DNA from: Acidobacteriota bacterium
GTDB lineage: Bacteria; Acidobacteriota; UBA890; WLXD01
Reading direction: 5' to 3'
Assembly: GCA_963666215.2 (NCBI GenBank)
Contig: CAXWPL010000001.1
Coordinates: forward strand, 96,001 to 160,000
DNA length: 64,000 nt
In this document: positions 28,104 to 38,703 of the stretch, one piece after another
Position numbering within the stretch: position 1 is the first letter of the stretch
Layout: every line of letters starts with the position of its first letter
Made by a program: the position numbers and the translations under genes
The notes under the pieces: model-generated
What the model was told of the DNA's origin: nothing
The model's input: only the letters and a program-made list of their open reading frames with translations
The model's database searches: none

Positions 28104-29930
28104 ATGGAACGACTCTGGCGGCGCCACGTGGTCGCGTTCGGTGCGCGTCGCCGCCACGTCGGGCACGCGGCTTGGCGCGCCCAGACCCTCCATCTGATGC
28201 TGCTGCTACCCGTCATCTCGGCCACCGTGCCGCCGACACCTCGACCCGCACAACAAGCACTCCAGCTGATTGACGTTACGGAGCAAGCAGGTGTCGACTT
28301 TGTCCACGAGCACGGCGGCACTGGTGAGCGCTACATGGTCGAGACGATGGGCTCGGGTGTGGCTGTCGTCGACCTCGACGTCGACGGGCGCCTCGACCTC
28401 TACTTCGTGCAAAGCGCGGCGACGCCGTCGGCGCCGGCGGCGCGCTCGCTGCACAACACGTTGTACCGCCAGCACGGCGACGCCACCGTCCGCAACACCC
28501 CCGCAACCCCGACGTTCGCTGACGTCACCGCACTGGCCCGGGCCGGCAGTGAGAGTTATGGCCTCGGCGTGGCTGCGGCCGACTACGACGACGACGGTTT
28601 CGCCGATCTGTATGTCACCAACTTCGGGGCCAACGAGCTGCTGCGCAACAACGGTGACGGCACCTTCGATGGTGTTGACGCTGGCGTGGACGACGACCTC
28701 TGGAGCACCTCCGCCGCCTGGGCCGATGTCGACGGCGACGGCGATCTCGATCTCTACGTCGCGAACTATGTCTCGTTCGACTGGGACCAGCACAAGTTCT
28801 GCGGCAATCCGCGCCGCAACCTGCGAGCCTACTGTCACCCCGATGTCTACGACGCCCTCCCCGATCGCCTCTACCGCAACGAAGGCAACGGCTCGTTCGC
28901 CGAGATCGGTGCCAGCGCCGGAGTCGTCAACTTGCGCGACGGCAAGGGCCTCGGGGTGGTCTTCGGCGACTACGACAACGACGGCGACGCCGATGCATAC
29001 GTGGCCAACGACTCGACCCGCAACTTCCTCTACACCAACGACGGTACCGGCTCGTTCTCCGACGACGGCCTTCTTGCCGGGGTCGGATACAGCGAAGATG
29101 GCCGTGCCGAGGCTGGCATGGGAACCGATTGGGGCGACTATGACGGCGACGGGCGCCTCGACATCGTGGTCACCAATCTCGACCTCGAGACCAACACGCT
29201 CTACCGCAACCTCGGCGATGGCGCCTTTTCCGATCTCACCTTCGCCACTGGAATGGGCGAGCCGAGCCTTCTGTCGGTGGGCTTCGGCACAAACTGGCTC
29301 GACGTCGACAACGACGCCGACCTCGATCTTTTCGTCGCCAACGGGCACATCATCGACAACATCGAGGACTTCCGCGAAAACGTCACCTACGCCCAGCGCA
29401 ACCACCTGTACTTGAACGGCGGCGACGCGCCCGGTCTCTTCGAGGAGGCGTCGACGCGGCTCGGACCCGGTCTCGAGCTGCGCAAGGTGTCGCGCGGCTC
29501 GGCGGTCGGCGATCTCGACAACGACGGCGATGTTGACGTGGTCGTCGCCAACAACAAGCAGCGCCCCGACATCTTGCGCAACGACGGTGGCTCAGCCGCC
29601 GGCAGCTGGATCTCGTTGAAGCTGGTAGGACGTGCGAGTGTCCGCACGGCCGCTGGAGCGCGCGTCACGCTGACCTGCTCCGACGCCGACGGTGCCCAGG
29701 GGCCGACGCTGGTCCGCGAGGTGCGGGCCGGCTCCTCCTACCTTTCGACGAGCGACTCACGCCTGCATATTGGCGTCGGAACGGCGACTTCGTGCTCAGC
29801 GCGGATTCGCTGGCCCGCGCCAGGACGGCCCATGGAAACGGAGGCGCTGGGCGACCTCACGCCCGGGACCTTCTACGTGATCCACGAAGGCCGCGGCGTG
29901 GTAGCGCTGTCGACGCTGACGGCTCGCTGA
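28104..29930 (+). CDS. CRTAC1/ASPIC-UnbV protein (paralog)
   Basis: ETMGSGVAVVDLDVDGRLDLYFV, FG-GAP repeats, REVRAGSSYLSTSDSRLHIG. Confidence 0.92.
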   Translation: MERLWRRHVVAFGARRRHVGHAAWRAQTLHLMLLLPVISATVPPTPRPAQQALQLIDVTEQAGVDFVHEHGGTGERYMVETMGSGVAVVDLDVDGRLDLYFVQSAATPSAPAARSLHNTLYRQHGDATVRNTPATPTFADVTALARAGSESYGLGVAAADYDDDGFADLYVTNFGANELLRNNGDGTFDGVDAGVDDDLWSTSAAWADVDGDGDLDLYVANYVSFDWDQHKFCGNPRRNLRAYCHPDVYDALPDRLYRNEGNGSFAEIGASAGVVNLRDGKGLGVVFGDYDNDGDADAYVANDSTRNFLYTNDGTGSFSDDGLLAGVGYSEDGRAEAGMGTDWGDYDGDGRLDIVVTNLDLETNTLYRNLGDGAFSDLTFATGMGEPSLLSVGFGTNWLDVDNDADLDLFVANGHIIDNIEDFRENVTYAQRNHLYLNGGDAPGLFEEASTRLGPGLELRKVSRGSAVGDLDNDGDVDVVVANNKQRPDILRNDGGSAAGSWISLKLVGRASVRTAAGARVTLTCSDADGAQGPTLVREVRAGSSYLSTSDSRLHIGVGTATSCSARIRWPAPGRPMETEALGDLTPGTFYVIHEGRGVVALSTLTAR

Positions 29931-29945
29931 GGTTGAGCCTGCCCG

Positions 29946-32258
29946 CTACTGGCTAGCCTCGCTCCCTATCCTGCTCGCCATATCGTCGAGTATACGCTTG
30001 ATGTCGGGTTGATTCGGCTCGAGTCCAAGCGATTGCCGCAGCAGCTCCTGTGCCTTCTCCAAGCGCCCCTCGGCAAAGTACTCCGCCGCCAGCAGGTTGA
30101 GGATCTCGGTGTTGTCGGCATCGCCAAGGCGCGCACGCTCGTAGTAGCGGATCGCCTCGAAGTGCTCACCGAGTCGCGCGTTGGCGTCGGCAAGGGTCGC
30201 CAGCAGCTTGGGATCGTTCGGGCTCCGCATCACCATCGGTGACAGCAACGAGCTGATCTCCTCGAACCGGCCGGCGTCGGTGAGCAGCTCAACCTGAAGA
30301 TCAAGCGCGTCAACGAAGTCGGGCTGGCGCTCGAGCACACTCTCGAGCTCGGCGATTGCCGCGTCGGTCTCACCGATCGTGCGGAATTGCCGCGCCCGCA
30401 CAAGACGAATTCCCGGATCGGTTGGCGGCGGATGCTGCCCGGCGTGCACGAACGGCATTTCGGCGCCCTCCGCGGGGATAACAACCACCCGCAGTTCAAC
30501 CGCGCCGTCGTCGACCATCTCGAGATCGGCGCGCAGCACGTACTCACCCGCAGGCACATCGGCCAGCCCGACCTCAGTGCGATGGTTCACGACCCCGAAA
30601 CGATCCTGCTCGGCGAGGTCCACCCGTATGATGCGCTCGACCACTGTGGCCCCAGAGCTATCCAGCAACTGATACGAAGCGAGCAGTTGGTCGGAGGCTC
30701 CGCGCGGCGCGTAGATCTGCCTGAAGATGTGAACTACGCCGCCACTGGCAAACGGCCCGTCGAGCGCGGGCAGCATGGCGTTGGCGCCCACCTGGAACGG
30801 AAAGTGGGTGTCGAACGGGTCGTAGCTGGGAATGAGCTGTGACTCCAACGCCAGAATCGGCTGGCTCGCGCGTGGTGTAGCGGGGAACGGCTCAGGGATC
30901 TCGACGTCGAACTCGAGTCGCCCGAACTCGCGCGTGACGTTGTTCTCCACAATGAGCGCGAAATCGTAGCGCCCCGGCACCACCGGCAGCCGCTCCATGT
31001 AATGCACGTTGCCTGTTCGCAGCCGACGCGCGCTGTCGGCGTCGAGATCGGCTTCCATCTGGCGCCCCTCCGGGTCGACGAGGGCGCGCAGATTGGAATC
31101 GGTGAGTGAAGTGCTGATCTCGAATGTTACGTAGTACTTATCCTCGAAGCGGTTGAGATTCAGCCGGTCACCCGGACTGCGCACAATGTAGTGAAGGAAT
31201 GGAACACCGCTCGGATCCAGGAGCGGCGTTACGAGTGCCTTCAAGGGCAACGTCTCGAAACGCACGTTCGATTCGGTGAAACCTGCGAGCACCCGGTAGG
31301 CATAGGCCGCCGTCGGCATGATGCGATTGGGCAGGTCGAAGATCTGCGTCAACATCATCTCGGAGCGTAGCGGCGACATGCCCATCTGCGCCGCGCCGCC
31401 GCCCGGAATCAAGCTAATGGCGGCCGTTGCGAGCTGTGGGTCGACCTCGCGCAGCGTGTCGATCTGTGCCCCCAGATTGCCAAACCCCGTCATAGGAGTG
31501 CCGCCTCGGCCGCCGAAACCTTGAGACGCGAGCCGCTGTGCTTGGCCCAGGCCGGACGGATTGAGCAACCTCTCGGGACCGTCGCTCAATGGACTGTAGA
31601 GCCGATACTCGCCAACCCCACGATCCTTGAAGAACAAAAGATAGAAAAACGGCGGAACGCCAAGCTTCGGATCCACACCGTAGAACCAAACTTCAACGGG
31701 CTGAGCCAACGATGTGTTGGGCAGCCGCGTGATATCGCGCGGCTCGCCGAGCAGGATCCACATCTTGCCCTTGTCGGTACGCCAGCCGGGGCGCGGCGTG
31801 TCGCGGCCGAAGTTGTGCGTGGCGTAGTCAAACCGCTCGTAGTGCAGGTCGCGATACTCGTTCTGAGCGGTGCCTGGTGTCGGATCGCGGTGGCGCCAGT
31901 ACTCCTCGACGAATGTCTTGCGCTTCTCGTCGGTATCGAGTCGCAGGAAAACGTCGCGCTCCTCCTCGGTGATGATCCAGCGCACCTCCTCCTCGATCCA
32001 CTTGCGATAGTTGTCGGGGAGATCCTTGGGATCGTGCTTGGGAAAATCTTCGAGGTTGAGCTCCTGCGACGCGGCCCCGACCGTGGTCGCGGCCAAGAGC
32101 TCGCCACCCAGTCGAAACTCCGTCGGCCCCGGCGACGCGATAGCGACGACCAGCAAGCCAAAAAGGGCGAGGACGCCGAGCGCTGGCACAGTGCGTCGCC
32201 CGCAGCGCGCCTGCACGGGCCGCGAGGTATTAGATGACCTGAGGGCGAACATGACCAC
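29946..32258 (-). CDS. GWxTD domain protein with C-terminal TPRs
   Basis: KWIEEEVRWIITEEER, YWRHRDPTPGT, PGWRTDKGKMWILLGEP. Confidence 0.9.
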   Translation of the reverse strand: MVMFALRSSNTSRPVQARCGRRTVPALGVLALFGLLVVAIASPGPTEFRLGGELLAATTVGAASQELNLEDFPKHDPKDLPDNYRKWIEEEVRWIITEEERDVFLRLDTDEKRKTFVEEYWRHRDPTPGTAQNEYRDLHYERFDYATHNFGRDTPRPGWRTDKGKMWILLGEPRDITRLPNTSLAQPVEVWFYGVDPKLGVPPFFYLLFFKDRGVGEYRLYSPLSDGPERLLNPSGLGQAQRLASQGFGGRGGTPMTGFGNLGAQIDTLREVDPQLATAAISLIPGGGAAQMGMSPLRSEMMLTQIFDLPNRIMPTAAYAYRVLAGFTESNVRFETLPLKALVTPLLDPSGVPFLHYIVRSPGDRLNLNRFEDKYYVTFEISTSLTDSNLRALVDPEGRQMEADLDADSARRLRTGNVHYMERLPVVPGRYDFALIVENNVTREFGRLEFDVEIPEPFPATPRASQPILALESQLIPSYDPFDTHFPFQVGANAMLPALDGPFASGGVVHIFRQIYAPRGASDQLLASYQLLDSSGATVVERIIRVDLAEQDRFGVVNHRTEVGLADVPAGEYVLRADLEMVDDGAVELRVVVIPAEGAEMPFVHAGQHPPPTDPGIRLVRARQFRTIGETDAAIAELESVLERQPDFVDALDLQVELLTDAGRFEEISSLLSPMVMRSPNDPKLLATLADANARLGEHFEAIRYYERARLGDADNTEILNLLAAEYFAEGRLEKAQELLRQSLGLEPNQPDIKRILDDMASRIGSEASQ

Positions 32259-32412
32259 TACCTTCCTGTCGCTCGGGGAGTCTCGACGGCCGTCCGTCGA
32301 CGCAAGCAGCGGGACCGAACGAACGCCGGCCCGGGCGCGCTTTGGTCGCCGTGTTGGGGTCGCGACGCCTGCGGCCCGGAGCTGCGATTGCCGCTGACGA
32401 ATCAGCTGGCAA

Positions 32413-33588
32413 TTATACGCCGCGGCCGTCGACCAAGGCCTCGACCCGCCGCGCGTTGTGATCCCACGTACGTTCTTCTAGGACGCGAGCCCGACCCCTT
32501 TGGCCGACTCGCTGGCGCAACGATTCGTCGTTCACGAGCCGCCGCACGGCGTCGGTGAGCGCCTCCTCGTCGTCGGGCGGGAAGGTCAGCGCGTCAACGT
32601 CAGGCTCGACAACGTCGAGGATGTTCGCCGAGTGCGGCGCCACAACCGCGGTGCCGGCCGCAAGATACTCGAGCAGCTTGAGCGGGCAGGCGTAGAACGT
32701 CGTCTTGGGGCTGACGGTGATATCCATCGCACCCAGGTACGGTGGGATCTCGGCATGGTCGACACGACCCGTGAACACAACCCGCGCCGGTCCGCACATC
32801 TCGGCAGCAGCCGCGCGGAGCTCCGGCAAAGCGGGACCGTCTCCGACCACCAACAGCACGACCGGCGGCCGGGCACCGTCTCGCTCGCGGGCGATCTTGT
32901 CAACTGCTCGCAACAGGCCGTCGACCCCGTGCCAGGCGCGGATGAAGCCGACGAAGCCGACAACGACCGCGTCGGGCTCGATACCCCATTGCGCCCGGAT
33001 AGCCTCACCGGCAGGGGGCTCGGCGTACAGCTCAGTGTGAATTGCGTTCGGAATGACCTCCACCGGAGTCTCCACGCCCTGCTCCAGTAGGTAATCGCGC
33101 AGCGGACTCGACACCACCAGCAGACGGTCCGCCGCGTCGAAGCAGGCGCGTTCCCACGCCTTGGCCAGGCGTTCGAAGTGCAGCCCGCGGAGCTCGTCGC
33201 CGGATCGCTCCAGCGCCAGCGGCGCGTTCACCTCGAGCAGCAAAGGCACTCCCACCGCTCGAGCCGCTGCCACAGAAGAGCGCGTGTACACGGCATGTCG
33301 CGCGTAGACAACGTCGGGTCGCGTGGCGAGAGCTCGCCGCCGCCCGCGCATTGCATCGAGATGGCCGTACACAACCTCGCCGAGCTCGACAAGCGCCCCC
33401 GGCGCCATCGACAGCAGCGAGCTCAGCCGCGTGCGGCCGCTCACGGCGCCGGGGTCGACGATCGAATCGCCCCCTGGAGCGTGGACGTCGACAGCGTGAC
33501 CGCGCGCGCGGAACGCGTCGATCATCGCCCGGATGTGCACTCCTTCCCCGCCGTCGCCAAGCGATCGGTGCATATAGAGGATGCGCAT
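32413..33588 (-). CDS. GT4 glycosyltransferase
   Basis: LEVNAP, GFVGFIRAWHG, CPLKLLEYLAAG. Confidence 0.92.
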   Translation of the reverse strand: MRILYMHRSLGDGGEGVHIRAMIDAFRARGHAVDVHAPGGDSIVDPGAVSGRTRLSSLLSMAPGALVELGEVVYGHLDAMRGRRRALATRPDVVYARHAVYTRSSVAAARAVGVPLLLEVNAPLALERSGDELRGLHFERLAKAWERACFDAADRLLVVSSPLRDYLLEQGVETPVEVIPNAIHTELYAEPPAGEAIRAQWGIEPDAVVVGFVGFIRAWHGVDGLLRAVDKIARERDGARPPVVLLVVGDGPALPELRAAAAEMCGPARVVFTGRVDHAEIPPYLGAMDITVSPKTTFYACPLKLLEYLAAGTAVVAPHSANILDVVEPDVDALTFPPDDEEALTDAVRRLVNDESLRQRVGQRGRARVLEERTWDHNARRVEALVDGRGV

Positions 33589-33615
33589 CAGCTTTGTCCC
33601 TCGTGCCCCAGCAGG

Positions 33616-34695
33616 CTAGATCCAACCGCGGCGCGCGCGCCAGTTCCAGAACGCATGGCGCAACGGATATGAACGGCTAAGAGAACGGCGCACCGCCCAT
33701 TCGCCACCCGGCACGGCCGGCAGGCGCGGCAGGCACATCGGGTCCTCGAAGCTCGCCCCGGCGAGCAGCGCAAACGACGCTTCGTACGTCTGTGCAGCGG
33801 CGTCGCGTACGCGCGCGTCGTGACGGCCATCGGGATAACTGAGCACGCGCGGACGCACACCCGTGTTCTTCTCGATTGCGGCGCTCGAGTCGTCCATCTC
33901 GCGCGCCAGCGTGTTGTCGTCGAGACGCGTCATGTCGTGGTGCGACAGTCCGTGGGAGCCGAGCTCCAGATAGCCATCGCAGCCCAGGGCAGCCGCCTCT
34001 TGCCAGTTCAGAAAACGGTGCGTGTCGGGCGCCCGGCCGTCGGGCAGCTCGCCCCCGAGCGCGGCCGCGAGCTCTTGGAGCATCGGCACGCGCTCCTCGG
34101 TTGGCGCCGCCAAATAAAGGTCTTTGAAGCGATCGCGGAGAATTTTACGCTCAGCAAGGTGGGTCAGGAGGAACAACTGGTCCCGCCAGTCGACCTCATC
34201 GAGGCCCGAGCGCTCAATGAGCCAGTCCAGCGTCAAGTACCAGGGCCAACGATGCGCGCCGATGTAGTCGACCGCCAGGAACAGCACGCTAGGGACGCGA
34301 TGACGCCGCAAGATCTCGGCCGCCAGCTCGCTCAGCTTGTAGCCGTCGTCGAGCGTGACCAGCACCGCGTCGCGCGGCGAGGAGATCTTGCCGGCAACAA
34401 CCTGCAGGTACTCATCGAGGCTCAGCGGTCGACAGTGTGTAGCCAGGTAGCGGATCTGGTCCTCGAACTCAGCGGCCGTAGGCTGGGCGTAGAAGAAGAG
34501 CGCGTTGTCGGGCCGGCTCGGGAGCACCGTGTGAAAGGTCAGCACCTTGGGCTGTCGCTTGCCGGACATCGTCGCGCTCACGCCTCGAGGTTGGGCACGC
34601 ACGACAGTAGCGGACATGGGGCCGAGTCGCGCGCGCGCCGAAAGGTATACCCGCTGGCGCAACAGAAGCGCACCCCCTTTCTGCCAGCCGAACAC
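33616..34695 (-). CDS. Polysaccharide deacetylase (NodB/CE4, PgaB/IcaB-like)
   Basis: VTLDDGY, GSHGLSH, LSYPDG; true start probably MSATVV or MSGKRQ. Confidence 0.9.
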   Translation of the reverse strand: MFGWQKGGALLLRQRVYLSARARLGPMSATVVRAQPRGVSATMSGKRQPKVLTFHTVLPSRPDNALFFYAQPTAAEFEDQIRYLATHCRPLSLDEYLQVVAGKISSPRDAVLVTLDDGYKLSELAAEILRRHRVPSVLFLAVDYIGAHRWPWYLTLDWLIERSGLDEVDWRDQLFLLTHLAERKILRDRFKDLYLAAPTEERVPMLQELAAALGGELPDGRAPDTHRFLNWQEAAALGCDGYLELGSHGLSHHDMTRLDDNTLAREMDDSSAAIEKNTGVRPRVLSYPDGRHDARVRDAAAQTYEASFALLAGASFEDPMCLPRLPAVPGGEWAVRRSLSRSYPLRHAFWNWRARRGWI

Positions 34696-34808
34696 CAGAA
34701 CAGGATCTGGCTCGGCTCCGAGGCCGTCTCACGGACGGCGCTTCCCGCCAGCTCATCGACGAAGCACAGAGCGCGAGGGAAACAGGGCGGTATGACCACC
34801 GCTTCGCG

Positions 34809-36713
34809 GTGCGCGAGATGAACTGGCAGCTCGACGTGCTGCGCGGGCGGAGTGTGCTGCAAGCCGTGAAGAGCCCCGAGCTGGTCGCCGCATGGAGCGA
34901 GGCCGCTGCCGCCGACCCGAAATCGACATGGTTTCAGGAGCCGACATTCGTCCGCGCCTGGTTCGCCGCCTACCATCGCAGCTTCGAGCCCATCCTCGCG
35001 CTCGCCCGGCGCAACGCCGACAACCGCGTTGTCGGGCTGCTGGCCGCTGGGCTGTCGAGCGGCGGCGACAGGCTGGTGCACGCTGGCGCCAACCACGCCT
35101 GGTATCACGGCTGGATCGCGGCGCCTGAGGTCGAGGGGGACTTCCCGGCGGCAGCGACGACCGAGATCCTGCGCACCACCGGCGTTCGCACCTGGCGTTG
35201 GAACTACCTTCCCCCGCGAGCTCCCGCCGACTGGGCCGAGGGCGCCGCCGGAGGTGCGATCATCGGGGAAGAACGCTCGCCGATCTGGGAGCTGAACACA
35301 CAAGACGCGATCGACCGCCATCTGCAAAGCCGCAGCCTGCGCAACTACATCAACCGTTATCGTCGCCGCGGCGAGCTGGCGCTCCGACGCGCGGCGACGA
35401 CAACCGAGGCCCATCGCTGGCTCGACCTGCTCGCCCCTTGGTGCGACCTACGGCACGGGGCCGTCCACGCCGACCTACCGTTCCGCGACGATCCCTACAA
35501 GCTGCCTTTCCACCAAGAACTGATCGCGCGTGGCGCGGCGGGCATGCAAAGCGATCCTTCGGTGCTGACCTCGGCGTTATTGCTCGACCACCGCGTGCTC
35601 GCGGTACATCTCGGAGCCTTCGACGGGACCCGCCTCTACCTCGGCTTGCACGGATACGACCCGACCGAGGGAAAACAATCTCCGGGTACCATCCTGCTGA
35701 TCGAACTGGCACAGCAGGTTGCCGCGCTGGGCGGCACAGAGATCGATATGACGCCCGGCGGTGAACCGTGGAAGGAGCGCTGGGCGACCCGAAGCGAGCC
35801 GGTCGCGCGCGTGGAACTGCACGCAACGGCTGCGCGCAGGGCGGTTGCACGTGCTCACCGCGGTCTACGGGAACAGGCCAAGCACGTCTTGAGCAGCGTT
35901 GGAGTCGCGCCGAAGCGCAGGATCGCTGCGGGCGGTCTAGAAGAGCCAGATTCGAAGTCGCGGCCTCGATCCCCCGAGCGGCACGCATTGTTCGAGATCG
36001 AGATCGAGAACACGATCGCGCAGCAGCCGAGTCCGGAGCCGCTGCCGACGGCCATCCTGGAGGGTGAGCGGGCTCGCGAACACCACGCCACGCGACAACC
36101 GGAAACGGTCGCGAACAACCCGAGTGACGAGAATGCCCCGAGGGCAGACTGGCTGTCATCGCTCATCGACTTCGCGACAACTCGACCACGCGGCGAGATG
36201 TCGAGCCTTCTCGGAAACGCGCTCACCCGCCTCGACAAGGGTTGGCTGCCGCTCTGCTCAACGAACAGGTCAGGCTTGCTGGCGACCATGGCCTGGCTAC
36301 AGCCGGCGGAGATGAGCGCTCAGCTCAACCCCGATGTCGGCCTTGCGGAAGCGGCCCCGAGCATCGCAGATCCGAGTTCGATTCGTCTGACCCGCGGCCC
36401 GATCGCAAAGAAGAAGGCGTTTGCGGGCGGCGCAGCGCCCTGGATTGAAGTGCCGAGCGAGGTGGCGATGTTGTTGATCGCCCGGCAGTCAGGATCGGCC
36501 GCTGAGGGGAGTCGGACAGATCGGGAAGACCAGGAAGATCAGGTAAGGGACCCCGACCCGGCACGGCTGCTGCTCGCGGCGGCGGAACGCTCGGGCCGCT
36601 CACGACTCTGGATCGTGGCCGACCGCGACACGCGTCTCGGAGAATGGCTCGACAACCACGGCGCCCGGATCGACCTCGCCGAGCTCGTGAATCACCACGT
36701 GGAGGCTGCGTGA
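34809..36713 (+). CDS. CelD/BcsL-like GNAT acyltransferase with C-terminal extension
   Basis: TWFQEP, LAVHLG, YDP..SPGTILL, IDMTPGGEPWKERW. Confidence 0.8.
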   Translation: MREMNWQLDVLRGRSVLQAVKSPELVAAWSEAAAADPKSTWFQEPTFVRAWFAAYHRSFEPILALARRNADNRVVGLLAAGLSSGGDRLVHAGANHAWYHGWIAAPEVEGDFPAAATTEILRTTGVRTWRWNYLPPRAPADWAEGAAGGAIIGEERSPIWELNTQDAIDRHLQSRSLRNYINRYRRRGELALRRAATTTEAHRWLDLLAPWCDLRHGAVHADLPFRDDPYKLPFHQELIARGAAGMQSDPSVLTSALLLDHRVLAVHLGAFDGTRLYLGLHGYDPTEGKQSPGTILLIELAQQVAALGGTEIDMTPGGEPWKERWATRSEPVARVELHATAARRAVARAHRGLREQAKHVLSSVGVAPKRRIAAGGLEEPDSKSRPRSPERHALFEIEIENTIAQQPSPEPLPTAILEGERAREHHATRQPETVANNPSDENAPRADWLSSLIDFATTRPRGEMSSLLGNALTRLDKGWLPLCSTNRSGLLATMAWLQPAEMSAQLNPDVGLAEAAPSIADPSSIRLTRGPIAKKKAFAGGAAPWIEVPSEVAMLLIARQSGSAAEGSRTDREDQEDQVRDPDPARLLLAAAERSGRSRLWIVADRDTRLGEWLDNHGARIDLAELVNHHVEAA

Positions 36714-38656
36714 GCCCGCCCGCTACGAACTGGGAGCTCGAGAGGCTGGAAGGCGACGGCGCCCGTCGGCTGCTGTCACACGCCCGGCACCTCGAAGCCT
36801 GGCAAAGACTGGCTGAGCGTGATTCCAAGTCCACCTGGTATCAGGAGCCGACGTTCGTCAACACCTGGTACGCGGCCTACGCGAAGAGCCACACGCCGCT
36901 GCTGCTGCTAGGGCGCAGGAGGGGATCCCCCAACGATACGGAGGAAAGCAGTCTGCTCGGAGTGTTGCCTCTGGCCATCGGCGCCGACGGCACCATCGTT
37001 CACGCTGGCGCACATCAGTGTGAGTACCACGGGTGGATCGCCGACTCGGCCATCGAAGGCGATTTCCCTCGTCGATGCATCGCCGAGGTGATGCGTCACG
37101 ACCGACCGCAGCGTTGGCGCTGGCGCTACCTGCCGCCCGGCTCGCCAACCGACTGGATCGAGGAGCTCGAGCACCACCCGGAGGCACACGGTGTTGCTGC
37201 CGCGCACTGGGACACGGTCGACGTGCCGCTGCTCGACGTCACCAACACCGACTTCATTGCCGCAAGGAGACGCAAGCGGCTCGGCAGCTACACCCGTAAG
37301 TTGACGGCCGCCGGCCTGCGTTTCAAGCGCGTCGATTGCGTAGATCGCGCAATCCGGGTGGTCGACGAGATGGCCGCCTGGTGTGACCTGCGCCAAGGAG
37401 CGGCGAACGGCGACATGCCCTTCGCCGACGACATCGCCAAGCTGCCTCTGCACCAGGCATTGGCGGCAAACACTTCCCAGGCACACGTATCGGCGTTGTG
37501 GCTCGGCAAGCAGCTACTCGCAGCTCACGTCGGCAGCTACGACGGTCGTGAGCTAACGATGGGCGTACAGGGCTACGACCCCGCCTACGGGCGCTACTCG
37601 CCGGGCAAGATCCTGGTGTTCGCAATGGCTGACGACCTGCGCGAGATCGGCGGACGCGCGATCGACCTGACACCTGGTGGCGATCCCTGGAAGGAAGCGT
37701 TCGCGACCGAACATCGGAGCATCTCGCAGCTCGAGCTCGTACGCAGAAAAACAGATGTGCTCCGTGATCGCACGACGGCCGCGCTTGAAGGTGGCGCGCG
37801 GCGAGTCCTCGCGAGAGCGGGAGCCGACACCGCCACGCTGCGCGGACGCACCATCGAGGTACGGCGACGCCTGACAGTGCTTGCAGGAGGTGGCGAGTCG
37901 GGAGCCGATGCCGGCGGCGTGGCTCATCTCATCGAGCTTCCGCTCGCCGCGATCGGAAGCAGGACCAGCTCCCCCGCACATGACACCGACGACGGCGCGC
38001 TCGACGCCGTGCTTCGACATGCCGCTGACATGCCGAAGGAGCGGCGCCCGAGGTTCCTCGCCGAGGTCCAGCGTCGACTGAGCGCCGGCTGGCAGCCGCT
38101 GGTCGCGAAGCAAGCGCCGAACCACCTTCACACCGATGATCTCGAGGGCGAGGACGACACGACCAGACGGAATCCAGCGTGCGTCGACCAGGGCAGCCTC
38201 GGCAACAGCGGTCTGCAACGCCTGGCCTGGCAGCCGCCGCTCAACACACGAATCGATATCGCCCACCTCGACAGCCCGATTGTGGTGCGAGGCCAGGCCT
38301 CCGCGTCCGCGATGCTGGTCCCCGAGGACGTGCTTTTCATCGAGCTCGCGTACGTGTCGGACGAACTTGCCACAGGGCTGACCGAGCTCGCTGGCGGGTC
38401 GATCAAGCTCGATGAGCAGGTCGACGCTCTGGCCGCGGTTGGCGGAGAAGGCAGACGCGCCGCACATCTCACGTTTGACGACTGGCTCGTCGAGCTCGTC
38501 GAGCAGTCGCGGCGGCTGCCCCCAACGCCGGCAACCAGGCTCTGGCTCGCCGTCCGTAGTTCGGCCACCGAGGCCGTCAGCTCGCTGCGCGCTCGCGGCC
38601 GCGCCGTAGACTGGCCCGCGGAGGCCAAGGCCGAGCGAGCTCGAGCCGCCAGCTGA
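36710..38656 (+). CDS. CelD/BcsL-like GNAT acyltransferase, tandem paralog
   Basis: GTGA overlap; TWYQEP, WCDLRQGA, YSPGKIL, IDLTPGGDPWKE. Confidence 0.8.
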   Translation: MSPPATNWELERLEGDGARRLLSHARHLEAWQRLAERDSKSTWYQEPTFVNTWYAAYAKSHTPLLLLGRRRGSPNDTEESSLLGVLPLAIGADGTIVHAGAHQCEYHGWIADSAIEGDFPRRCIAEVMRHDRPQRWRWRYLPPGSPTDWIEELEHHPEAHGVAAAHWDTVDVPLLDVTNTDFIAARRRKRLGSYTRKLTAAGLRFKRVDCVDRAIRVVDEMAAWCDLRQGAANGDMPFADDIAKLPLHQALAANTSQAHVSALWLGKQLLAAHVGSYDGRELTMGVQGYDPAYGRYSPGKILVFAMADDLREIGGRAIDLTPGGDPWKEAFATEHRSISQLELVRRKTDVLRDRTTAALEGGARRVLARAGADTATLRGRTIEVRRRLTVLAGGGESGADAGGVAHLIELPLAAIGSRTSSPAHDTDDGALDAVLRHAADMPKERRPRFLAEVQRRLSAGWQPLVAKQAPNHLHTDDLEGEDDTTRRNPACVDQGSLGNSGLQRLAWQPPLNTRIDIAHLDSPIVVRGQASASAMLVPEDVLFIELAYVSDELATGLTELAGGSIKLDEQVDALAAVGGEGRRAAHLTFDDWLVELVEQSRRLPPTPATRLWLAVRSSATEAVSSLRARGRAVDWPAEAKAERARAAS

Positions 38657-38703
38657 CCGTCAGCGGCGCGCCGCCATGACCGGGGTACGTGAGTCACCGT
38701 GAG

